From positions 129,163 through 193,162 of the forward strand of contig JBMNJT010000003.1 of NCBI GenBank assembly GCA_050951805.1: a DNA stretch of 64,000 nucleotides. The letters run 5' to 3'. The position numbers and the translations under genes are program-made. Under the pieces are notes generated by a model. It worked only from the letters and a program-made list of their open reading frames with translations. It ran no database searches and had not been told where the DNA came from. Positions 56,600 to 64,000 of this stretch are shown here, piece by piece. Source of the DNA: Bacillota bacterium. GTDB lineage: Bacteria; Bacillota; DTU025. Every line of letters starts with the position of its first letter. Position 1 is the first letter of the stretch.

Positions 56600-57862
56600 A
56601 TGATGCGTTCAATGTTTGCCGGTGTGTCCGGAACCCGCGCTCATCAGGTGCGCATGGACGTGATCGGCAATAACATAGCCAATGTCAACACCGTTGGATA
56701 CAAGTATGGAAGGGCAACCTTCCAGGACATGCTCTCCCAGACCATGAGGGGTTCAATGGCGCCTACTGGAAACAGGGGAGGGGTCGATCCGATGCAGGTT
56801 GGCATGGGGGTTTCCACAAGGTCGATCGATATCGTGTTTACCCCCGGAAACCTGGAATACACTGGAAGACTGACTGATATGGCCATCCAAGGCAGCGGAT
56901 TGTTTGTGGTCCGCGATTCCAGTGGAGGCTTGATGTTTACGAGGGATGGAGCGTTCAAGATAGATGCTGAAGGAAACCTCACCCATCCGTCCACTGGTTT
57001 CATGGTGCAGGGATGGATGGCCGATGCCAAAGGGACAATCGACCGGAGCGGTGAGATACAGGGACTCAGAATTCCGCTGGGAACCAGCATGAGCGCCAAA
57101 GCTACGGACAGAATCACGTTTGTCGGAAACCTCAATGCCGAAGGCGATGTTGGAACCTTGCACAGCACTTCTGTCCCTATCTATGACTCACTTGGCATTC
57201 AGCACACGCTCATATTGGAGTTTGAGAAGACCGGGGACAAAGCGTGGACGTGGACTGCCAGATATGGAGAGCTCGATTCCGACACAGGCGAGATTCCAAG
57301 TGTAGGAACGGGCGTGGTGACTTTTGATGAAAACGGCGCCGTGGTGAGGGGCCAAGATCCAAGTCAAGACCCAGCAGCCCCAACGATAACGTTCACTCCT
57401 GCGGGGGGTGCAGCAGACCTCAAAGTGAACCTGGATTTTACGGCGTTGAGCCAGTTTGGGGAAGCGTGTTCTGTTAACTGGAGCACTCAGGATGGCTATG
57501 CCGCAGGCACCATGGAGACGTTCAATATCGATGACCGGGGGATAATCACGGGAGTATATTCCAACGGACAGTACAAGATCATAGGCCAGATGGTGCTGGC
57601 CTCCTTTGCAAACGCGGAGGGCCTGACAAGACAGGCAAACAACATGTTCGCGGCTACGACGAACTCCGGAAGTCCGCAGCTTGGCGAGGCCACAACCGGC
57701 GGGCGCGGGTCTGTAATGGGGACGACTCTTGAGATGTCCAACGTCGACCTTGCAAGGGAGTTCACGGATATGATCATAACCCAGCGCGGTTTCCAGGCTA
57801 ATTCGAGGGTGATAACTGCCGCAGACGAGATGCTTCAGGAGCTTTTGGCACTGAAGAGATAA
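56600..57862 (+). CDS. flgE: Flagellar hook protein FlgE
   Basis: MMRSMFAGVSG...MDVIGNNIANVNTVGYK, TRDGAF, LEMSNVDLAREFTDMIITQRGFQANSRVI. Confidence 0.97.
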   Translation: MMRSMFAGVSGTRAHQVRMDVIGNNIANVNTVGYKYGRATFQDMLSQTMRGSMAPTGNRGGVDPMQVGMGVSTRSIDIVFTPGNLEYTGRLTDMAIQGSGLFVVRDSSGGLMFTRDGAFKIDAEGNLTHPSTGFMVQGWMADAKGTIDRSGEIQGLRIPLGTSMSAKATDRITFVGNLNAEGDVGTLHSTSVPIYDSLGIQHTLILEFEKTGDKAWTWTARYGELDSDTGEIPSVGTGVVTFDENGAVVRGQDPSQDPAAPTITFTPAGGAADLKVNLDFTALSQFGEACSVNWSTQDGYAAGTMETFNIDDRGIITGVYSNGQYKIIGQMVLASFANAEGLTRQANNMFAATTNSGSPQLGEATTGGRGSVMGTTLEMSNVDLAREFTDMIITQRGFQANSRVITAADEMLQELLALKR

Positions 57863-57905
57863 TCGTTGGCAGGTTGTGACGTTACACGTGTCGGCAAGAA
57901 GCAGT

Positions 57906-57958
57906 GAGGCGGGGAGAGGGGGATCGGGCAGAGTCTAGCCCTCTCCCCCCTGTGCCTC
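57906..57958 (+). other. Long GC-rich hairpin after flgE (mRNA stability or attenuation)
   Basis: GAGGC-GGGGAGAGGG...CCCTCTCCCC...GCCTC with no U-tract. Confidence 0.55.
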
Positions 57959-57994
57959 TGCTGATGCGAGTAGTGTACAAGGGGGCCTTGTTGA

Positions 57995-58219
57995 ATGATA
58001 AAGGTAACCAAATTGAACGGATCGCCGATACATATTAATGCGGAGTTGATCGAGACGATAGCCGCTACCCCCGATACTGTGATTACGCTCACTAATGGCA
58101 CCAAACTCATAGTGGAAGAATCAGTGGAGAAAGTGGTTGACATGATTATCCGCTATCACCGCCTTATTAACCGTCGGGCAGTGATTGTCAGGGATTCAGC
58201 GGAGAAGCAGACGAGGTAG
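57995..58219 (+). CDS. flbD: Flagellar protein FlbD/SwrD family
   Basis: MIKVTKLNG..I.INAELIETI.ATPDTVITLTNG.K.IV.ES. Confidence 0.95.
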   Translation: MIKVTKLNGSPIHINAELIETIAATPDTVITLTNGTKLIVEESVEKVVDMIIRYHRLINRRAVIVRDSAEKQTR

Positions 58220-58223
58220 GCAA

Positions 58224-59069
58224 ATGGATAGTGCGACTGTTATAGGGTTTATATTGGGAGTAGCGTGTATTCTCATAGCGCTCATGCAAAGCGATGCTGG
58301 GCTCAGGCCGTTTTGGGATATTCAATCGGTCCTGATAACTGTGGGAGGAGCGCTGGGTGCTGTGATAATCAGCTTTTCGGCGGAGCAGCTCAAAGATATC
58401 CCCAAGATGATAAAGATCGCCTTCAGGTCTGAAGAGGAGGATCCGTTGGTCATCATCGATGGAATGGTTGATCTGGCGGAAATGGCGCGAAGAGAGGGGC
58501 TCCTGGCCCTTGAAGACAGCCTGAATAGGACGGACGACCCGTTTTTGCAAAGAGGAATTCAGCTAATTGTCGACGGCACAGATCCGGAACTGGTGCGAGA
58601 TATTCTAGAGACTGACCTTGCCTATATAGAGGACAGGCATAGAAACGGCAAAGCCATATTCGACGCCATGACGGCATATGCTCCGGCCTTCGGGATGATC
58701 GGGACATTGATCGGCCTCGTTCTTATGCTTCGCACTCTGGATAAGCCCAGCACCATAGGCCCCGCCATGGCGGTGGCTCTTATCACCACTTTGTACGGCG
58801 CTGTGATAGCCAACTTGGTCACAGGTCCTATCGCTACTAAGCTTGGTGTGAAAAGCGCCGAGGAGATACGCTTGCGTGAGATGATGCTCGAAGGAATCCT
58901 CTCGATACAGTCGGGCGAGAACCCGCGTATCGTAGAAGAGAAGCTCATGGGGTTTTTGGCACCCAAGGATAGACTGCGAGCTCAAGAACGGGCTGGGATG
59001 AGGCGCGGAGGCGCTAGGTCCCGGCGGGAGATGGCGGAAGACACAGGAGGGAGTGGCACAACGCTATGA
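58224..59069 (+). CDS. motA: Stator protein MotA
   Basis: ARREGLLALE, APAFGMIGTLIGLV, MAVALITTLYG. Confidence 0.96.
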   Translation: MDSATVIGFILGVACILIALMQSDAGLRPFWDIQSVLITVGGALGAVIISFSAEQLKDIPKMIKIAFRSEEEDPLVIIDGMVDLAEMARREGLLALEDSLNRTDDPFLQRGIQLIVDGTDPELVRDILETDLAYIEDRHRNGKAIFDAMTAYAPAFGMIGTLIGLVLMLRTLDKPSTIGPAMAVALITTLYGAVIANLVTGPIATKLGVKSAEEIRLREMMLEGILSIQSGENPRIVEEKLMGFLAPKDRLRAQERAGMRRGGARSRREMAEDTGGSGTTL

Positions 59070-59815
59070 GGAGGCGCAAGAGAAACGATGAGTCGGGAGG
59101 GTCGCAGCCTTCTTGGATGACGACCTACAGCGACCTGATGTCGCTCCTTCTGACCTTCTTCATCATGCTCTTTGCTTTCTCTTCGATCGACATGCAAAGG
59201 TTCAGAGAGGCGTTGATTTCTCTCCAGGGCGCGTTGGGCGTATTGAGCGGGGGCCCGGCTTTGTTGGAGCCGGGAGAGATGCCCATTCCTCCGGATAATC
59301 CGTCGCAGATAGGTGACGATACCATGTCGCAGGCCCGCACGGATCTGGTGATCATCAAGGGGCAGTTGGAACAGTATCTCGAAGAAAAGGGGCTTCGCGG
59401 CAAGGTCCACGTTGAGATGAACAAGAGGGGGCTTCTGATCAGATTCACAGACACAGTCCTGTTCGACTTGGGCATGGCGACACTGAGGCCCGACTCCAGG
59501 ATGCTTCTGCGCGATCTGGCGAAGTTCATCGGGCCCATACAGAATGAGGTCGTAGTTGAAGGGCACACCGACAATGTGCCGCTCCGCCGTGGCGCCCAAT
59601 ACGAGACCAACTGGGAGCTTTCTACGGCGCGCGCGACGACTGTCGTTCGTTATTTTATTGAGGAACTGGGACTATCCCCGAAGCGGTTTTCGGCTGCGGG
59701 TTATGGCGAGTACCGCCCCGTGCTTCCGAATACATCATATGCAAACAGGGAATTGAACAGGCGTGTCGATATACTCATTATTGCGTCAGATGTGACTGAT
59801 ATTCCGGGGATGTGA
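59066..59815 (+). CDS. motB: Stator protein MotB
   Basis: WMTTYSDLMSLLLTFFIMLF and OmpA-like EGHTDN...NWELSTARA...NRRVDI. Confidence 0.96.
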   Translation: MRRRKRNDESGGSQPSWMTTYSDLMSLLLTFFIMLFAFSSIDMQRFREALISLQGALGVLSGGPALLEPGEMPIPPDNPSQIGDDTMSQARTDLVIIKGQLEQYLEEKGLRGKVHVEMNKRGLLIRFTDTVLFDLGMATLRPDSRMLLRDLAKFIGPIQNEVVVEGHTDNVPLRRGAQYETNWELSTARATTVVRYFIEELGLSPKRFSAAGYGEYRPVLPNTSYANRELNRRVDILIIASDVTDIPGM

Positions 59816-59819
59816 TGGA

Positions 59820-60308
59820 ATGAAAAAAGCTGAGAATGGCAACAAGAGAAAGTTCAAAAGCAAGCGGAAGACGACGTTTGCAGTTGCGGCACTGCTGGTC
59901 GGAGCAATCCTCGGATACTGTCTTGTTGCGCGACGGGCGCCGGGCACGGAAAGCGGCGCGTCTGAGATGGCGCAGACCGAACAGACGAACGCGGATCGAG
60001 ACGAGATTGGCCCCGAGTACACCTTTGACACGTTTATAGTAAACATAGCTGATACCAATGGCCACCGTTTCCTGAAGTGCACGCTTACTGTCGAGTTCGA
60101 TGATAAAGCGGGAGTAACGGAGGCGGCGGGAAAGGTGCCGCTGCTTCGCGATGCGATCATAGATGTGCTTTCATCTAAGACCCTGGAAGAGCTTGAACCG
60201 GGCGAGCCAAGGGACGCGTTGAGAGCCGAATTAGTCGAGGCCGTCGCCCGCCTTATTGCAAAGGCAGATGTGAAAAGGGTATTTTTCAGTGAATTTGTTG
60301 TCCAATAG
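59820..60308 (+). CDS. fliL: Flagellar protein FliL
   Basis: N-terminal TM helix and FIVNIAD...RDAII..LS.K...V.FSEFVVQ. Confidence 0.93.
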   Translation: MKKAENGNKRKFKSKRKTTFAVAALLVGAILGYCLVARRAPGTESGASEMAQTEQTNADRDEIGPEYTFDTFIVNIADTNGHRFLKCTLTVEFDDKAGVTEAAGKVPLLRDAIIDVLSSKTLEELEPGEPRDALRAELVEAVARLIAKADVKRVFFSEFVVQ

Positions 60309-60317
60309 ATCCGGGAG

Positions 60318-61310
60318 TTGGTTTCATTGGCCGAAGTTTTGACACAAGAGGAGATAAATGCGCTCCTCGCGCAGTTTTCGAAAAGCGAGGAAGAGGATCA
60401 GGAACATCGTGGGGCTCTGTCGGATGGTGTCAGCTACACGGTTTATGATTTCAAGCGTCCGAACAGATTCTCCCGTGAGCAGCTGAGAACAATTCACATG
60501 CTCCACGAGACCTTCGCGCGCTACCTCTCAACGACGCTTTCAGCGCATTTGCGCACGCCGGTGAAGGTGACGCTCATCGATGTACAACAGCGTATATACG
60601 ATGAATACTTAAGCTCTCTGAAGTCGCCGGCAGTCATGTATGTCTTTACACCGGAGCCCCTTGACGGACAGGCCATAATAGAATTTAACCCGTACATAGT
60701 TTTCATAATGATAGACAGGCTCATGGGCGGCCCCGGACGTGTACGGGGACGAGTGCGCGAGCTCACTGAAATAGAGGAGAAGCTTGTCCGCGCGATGGTG
60801 GATCGGGCCATGGACGATCTGAAAGACGCTTGGGATCCTATGGTGAGATTCGATCCCCATATCGATGCATATGAATCCAATCCACAGTTTACGCAGATAG
60901 TTTCGCCAAACGATACCACGTGCGTCATCTCATTCGAGATCAGGGTGGGAGAAGCCAATGGCTCCATGAGCATTTGCATGCCGCATTCCACGTTGCAGCC
61001 GGTGCTTCAGAAGCTCAGTGCCCAGCAGTGGTATCAGAAAGGCACCAAGATCAGTTCCGAAAAGTCGACCAACGCCATCAGCGCTGGGCTCGAGGGAGTA
61101 AAGGTTCCCATTGCGGCCTGTTTGGGAAGGGCGTCGATCACCGTCAGCGAGATGCTGGAACTGCAGACGGGCGATGTTATTAAACTGGATGAGCATGCCT
61201 TCGACCCTCTCACAGTTGTGATCGGAAACAGCCCGAAGTTTCATGCGATTCCGGGGCTTGTCGGGAAGAATTACGCAATCCAGATCGTTGGCACTGTAGA
61301 GTCTACGTAG
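60318..61310 (+). CDS. fliM: Motor switch protein FliM
   Basis: [33 protein letters not shown] and a SpoA-like C-terminus. Confidence 0.96.
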   Translation: MVSLAEVLTQEEINALLAQFSKSEEEDQEHRGALSDGVSYTVYDFKRPNRFSREQLRTIHMLHETFARYLSTTLSAHLRTPVKVTLIDVQQRIYDEYLSSLKSPAVMYVFTPEPLDGQAIIEFNPYIVFIMIDRLMGGPGRVRGRVRELTEIEEKLVRAMVDRAMDDLKDAWDPMVRFDPHIDAYESNPQFTQIVSPNDTTCVISFEIRVGEANGSMSICMPHSTLQPVLQKLSAQQWYQKGTKISSEKSTNAISAGLEGVKVPIAACLGRASITVSEMLELQTGDVIKLDEHAFDPLTVVIGNSPKFHAIPGLVGKNYAIQIVGTVEST

Positions 61311-61326
61311 AAATGAGGGGAATGTC

Positions 61327-61788
61327 ATGAGTGAATTCTCGTGGGACGACATGCAGACTGATGATGATGCTGTTCCTCAGTTTGATCTGACGCCTGAGGT
61401 TCCGGAGGCGTCACACTCAAACCAGTCGGCTCAGTCTGCAGTGAGATCATCCAAGCAGGTGCAGGAGGAACAGGCAAATGTACAGCCCGTCCAGTTCATG
61501 CCATTTGACGAACCCGGCATGGAAGGCGGGAAAGGCGACAATCTGGACCTGCTCATGGATGTGCCGCTTCCGGTCATGGTCGAGCTCGGGCGGACTACCA
61601 TGCTTGTGAAGGACATAATGTCTGTCGGGCCAGGGTCCATAATCGAGCTTGACAAGGCGGCAGGAGAGAATGTTGACATCCTCATCAACGGTCGGCTGAT
61701 TGCCCGGGGCGAGGTTGTGGTGATTGAGGAGAATTTCGGGGTGAGGATCGTGGAGTTCGTCAAGGCACCGGAGAAAGCAGTGCAATAG
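61327..61788 (+). CDS. fliN: Motor switch protein FliN (no CheC-like domain)
   Basis: [17 protein letters not shown]...[33 protein letters not shown]. Confidence 0.94.
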   Translation: MSEFSWDDMQTDDDAVPQFDLTPEVPEASHSNQSAQSAVRSSKQVQEEQANVQPVQFMPFDEPGMEGGKGDNLDLLMDVPLPVMVELGRTTMLVKDIMSVGPGSIIELDKAAGENVDILINGRLIARGEVVVIEENFGVRIVEFVKAPEKAVQ

Positions 61789-61790
61789 GA

Positions 61791-62192
61791 ATGGAAGAGA
61801 GTATGGCCATGTTGCTCCTGCGCGCTGCGCTTGCCCTCGCAGCGGTTGCGGGCCTCATTTATCTTGTGGCTTGGCTTCTCAAGAAGGCTCGTGCGTCGGG
61901 GATGATAAAGGTATCAGGCCCGGAAAGGCGCATCCGCCTCATTGAGACCGCTCGCCTAGGCGCCGATTCCTATCTGCACCTTGCTGAAGTGGATGGCAAG
62001 CTTGCGTTGATAGGCGTGGGGCGTGGCGGGATCAGTATTGTTCAATGGCCACGCGGCAGTGGCCAAGAGGGAACAGGGGACATGCCGGATGGCGATGGGG
62101 GCTTGAGCGCTGCCCTGTATGGCCAAACCGATGAGGAGAGCACCGACAGCCAGGATGGTGGAGGAAGCGAAGGCGGGGTGGACGCTGTATGA
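61791..62192 (+). CDS. fliO: Export protein FliO/FliZ
   Basis: N-terminal TM helix, IRLIET..LG....LHL.EV.GK..LIGV, and position between fliN and fliP. Confidence 0.85.
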   Translation: MEESMAMLLLRAALALAAVAGLIYLVAWLLKKARASGMIKVSGPERRIRLIETARLGADSYLHLAEVDGKLALIGVGRGGISIVQWPRGSGQEGTGDMPDGDGGLSAALYGQTDEESTDSQDGGGSEGGVDAV

Positions 62193-63001
62193 ACAAGAGA
62201 CGCGCCCGGTTGGAGACTCGGATACCCCGCTCAGCAAGGACAGCGCTTGTTTGGATAGGGGCGATTATGGCGGGAATAGGGATAGCGCTTGCATGTTCGG
62301 CAGTGGCCTACTGCCAGCCTATGCCTATCCCGAACATAAGGATAGGGGTGGACACCGCGGAGAGCCCGACAGAAGTAGCGGGAGCACTGCGGATTATCGC
62401 TCTGCTAACGGTATTGTCGATTGCGCCGGCAATACTCTTGATGACGACTTCGTTTACCAGAATAGTCATTGTTCTCTCATTTGTCCGAAATGCTATGGGC
62501 ACGCAACAGGTGCCGCCGAACCAAGTCCTGATCGGGCTGGCCCTCTTTGTCACCTTGTTCGTGATGATGCCTGTCTATTCTCAGATAAATGAGGAGGCAT
62601 TGAAGCCTTACATGGCCGGCATCATAAGCCAGGAGGAAGCCATGGCCCGCGGGGTAGCACCCTTGCGCAGTTTTATGCTCAAGCAGACGCGGGAGAAAGA
62701 CCTCGCGCTCTTCGTGGATCTTGCCGGATTGCCAAAGCCGGGCGGGCCGGAGGACATACCGACCTATGTGATAATGCCGGCATTCATGGTCAGCGAACTC
62801 AAGACGGCATTTCAAATGGGCTTCGTCATATTCATCCCATTTCTCGTCATTGACATGCTCGTTGCGAGCGTTCTGATGTCGATGGGGATGATGATGCTCC
62901 CGCCGGTCCTCATTTCGCTGCCATTCAAGGTTTTAATGTTTGTGCTGGTAGACGGATGGGGATTGGTTGTGAAGTCGTTGGTGGAAAGTGTGGCCAGGTA
63001 A
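62189..63001 (+). CDS. fliP: Export gate FliP
   Basis: TSFTRIVIVLSFVRNAMG.QQVPPNQVL, SELKTAFQMGF, MGMMMLPP..ISLPFK..FVLVDGW. Confidence 0.98.
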   Translation: MNKRRARLETRIPRSARTALVWIGAIMAGIGIALACSAVAYCQPMPIPNIRIGVDTAESPTEVAGALRIIALLTVLSIAPAILLMTTSFTRIVIVLSFVRNAMGTQQVPPNQVLIGLALFVTLFVMMPVYSQINEEALKPYMAGIISQEEAMARGVAPLRSFMLKQTREKDLALFVDLAGLPKPGGPEDIPTYVIMPAFMVSELKTAFQMGFVIFIPFLVIDMLVASVLMSMGMMMLPPVLISLPFKVLMFVLVDGWGLVVKSLVESVAR

Positions 63002-63022
63002 GCATGGTGGGAGTTTGGAGGG

Positions 63023-63298
63023 GTGAACATGAATGAGGCGATGGTTGCTGCACTGGCGTCGGAGGCGGTGTCGGTGGCATTTAAAGTCAGTTTGCCGGTG
63101 CTCCTTACCGCATTGGTAGTGGGAGTTCTCGTATCAGTGCTGCAGGCCGCAACGCAAATACAGGAGCTCACACTCACTTTCGTTCCTAAGCTGTTGGCCA
63201 TCGCTGCAGTATTGCTTCTGACTGGATCGTGGATGACCAGCACCCTCACGGGGTTTGCGCGCGAGGTCTTCGCTATGTTGCCTTCGTTGGCAAAGTAG
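63023..63298 (+). CDS. fliQ: Export gate FliQ
   Basis: VGVLVSVLQAATQIQELTLTFVPK. Confidence 0.97.
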   Translation: MNMNEAMVAALASEAVSVAFKVSLPVLLTALVVGVLVSVLQAATQIQELTLTFVPKLLAIAAVLLLTGSWMTSTLTGFAREVFAMLPSLAK

Positions 63299-63319
63299 TC
63301 TATACAGGCGGTGCTTAAG

Positions 63320-64000
63320 GTGGCTGAAGGCACATTGGGATTCACAGAAAGGGAGTTTTTGCTTTTCTTCCTGGTGCTTGTGAGGATGACAGGCTTGTTC
63401 ATCCTGGCACCGCTTTTTGGGCACGCCAGTGTGCCCGCTCGGGCAAAGGCAGGGCTTGCTTTCGCATGTGCATTGGTTGTTTATCCCATGATGGCCCAGA
63501 CGCCATTCGAAATGCCGACTGATGTGTACGAGTTGACGTCAGACGTGGCCAGAGAGCTTTTTGTCGGGGCGACGCTTGGGTTCGTATCGCTTCTGGTTCT
63601 CGCGGCCGCTCAGTATGGGGGCGAGATGATAGACACTCAGATCGGCTTCAGTTTGGCAAATATAGTAGATCCTTCATTCGGCCAGCAAGTCAGCTTGCTG
63701 GGGCAGTTTCATTACCTTGTGGCAATGATGGTGTATATGGCAGTAGACGGCCACCACTATCTTATCGGTGCCCTGATGCGTAGCTATTCGGTGATTCCCA
63801 TTGGCGGGGCCGGGATGTCGTCTGAGCTTTTTTCGCTGGTGCTTGCAAGGTTTTCCGATCTCTTCATGATTGCCATCAGGATGTCGCTACCCCCAGTGGC
63901 TTGCTTGCTCATAACCGAAATAGCGTTGGGGGTGCTGGCCAAGTCCGTTCCGCAGATGAACGTGCTTATGGTCGGATTCCCCGCAAAAATAGTGGTTGGT
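63320..64000 (+). CDS. fliR: Export gate FliR (runs off the window)
   Basis: Own translation: MAEGTLGFTEREFLLFFLVLVRMTGLFILAPLFGHASVPARAK...PQMNVLMVGFPAKIVVG. No stop before 64000. Confidence 0.93.
   Translation, partial: MAEGTLGFTEREFLLFFLVLVRMTGLFILAPLFGHASVPARAKAGLAFACALVVYPMMAQTPFEMPTDVYELTSDVARELFVGATLGFVSLLVLAAAQYGGEMIDTQIGFSLANIVDPSFGQQVSLLGQFHYLVAMMVYMAVDGHHYLIGALMRSYSVIPIGGAGMSSELFSLVLARFSDLFMIAIRMSLPPVACLLITEIALGVLAKSVPQMNVLMVGFPAKIVVG

Noticed and set aside
1-64000. tRNA, rRNA, integrase or att sites
   Set aside because: None recognised by eye. tRNAscan-SE and Infernal were not run.

Overview
GC-rich chromosomal segment from a Bacillota-like bacterium, inferred from the FliW/CsrA pair, YvyF, TIGR02530 and CheD. 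It carries a large flagellar/chemotaxis supercluster on the + strand: flgJ-like, yvyF, flgM, flgN, flgK, flgL, cheW, cheA, cheD, cheY, cheB, cheR, a degenerate HD-GYP gene, fliW and fliC; then csrA, flaG, fliD, fliS, a fliT-like gene, an NtrC-type regulator with its kinase, flgBC, fliEFGHIJK, flgD, TIGR02530, flgE, flbD, motAB and fliLMNOPQR. Between fliC and csrA lies about 25 kb of non-flagellar DNA. Its left part is mostly decayed: an ISLre2 fragment, a group II intron with a damaged reverse transcriptase and a broken XRE-ImmA/IrrE-PIN module, with an intact hicAB among them. Its right part is an intact five-gene divergent locus that I cannot match to any named system. One arm encodes a YprA/DUF1998-type SF2 helicase with an RNase H-like tail, an unknown 279-aa protein and a TPR + cold-shock-domain protein. 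The other arm encodes a ~2000-aa STAND-like NTPase and a coupled protein ending in a HEPN-like RxxxxH motif. Both arms are preceded by mirror-image GAAGGG-N16-GCGAAT (sigmaH-like) promoter motifs. This locus is the best candidate for an undescribed, probably anti-phage, system. Other notable signals are a sigma54/two-component tier above flgB, a structured RNA element before flgE, a regularly spaced palindrome array beside a wHTH-nuclease gene and an unusually long FliK. All calls come from motif recognition by eye; no database searches were run.
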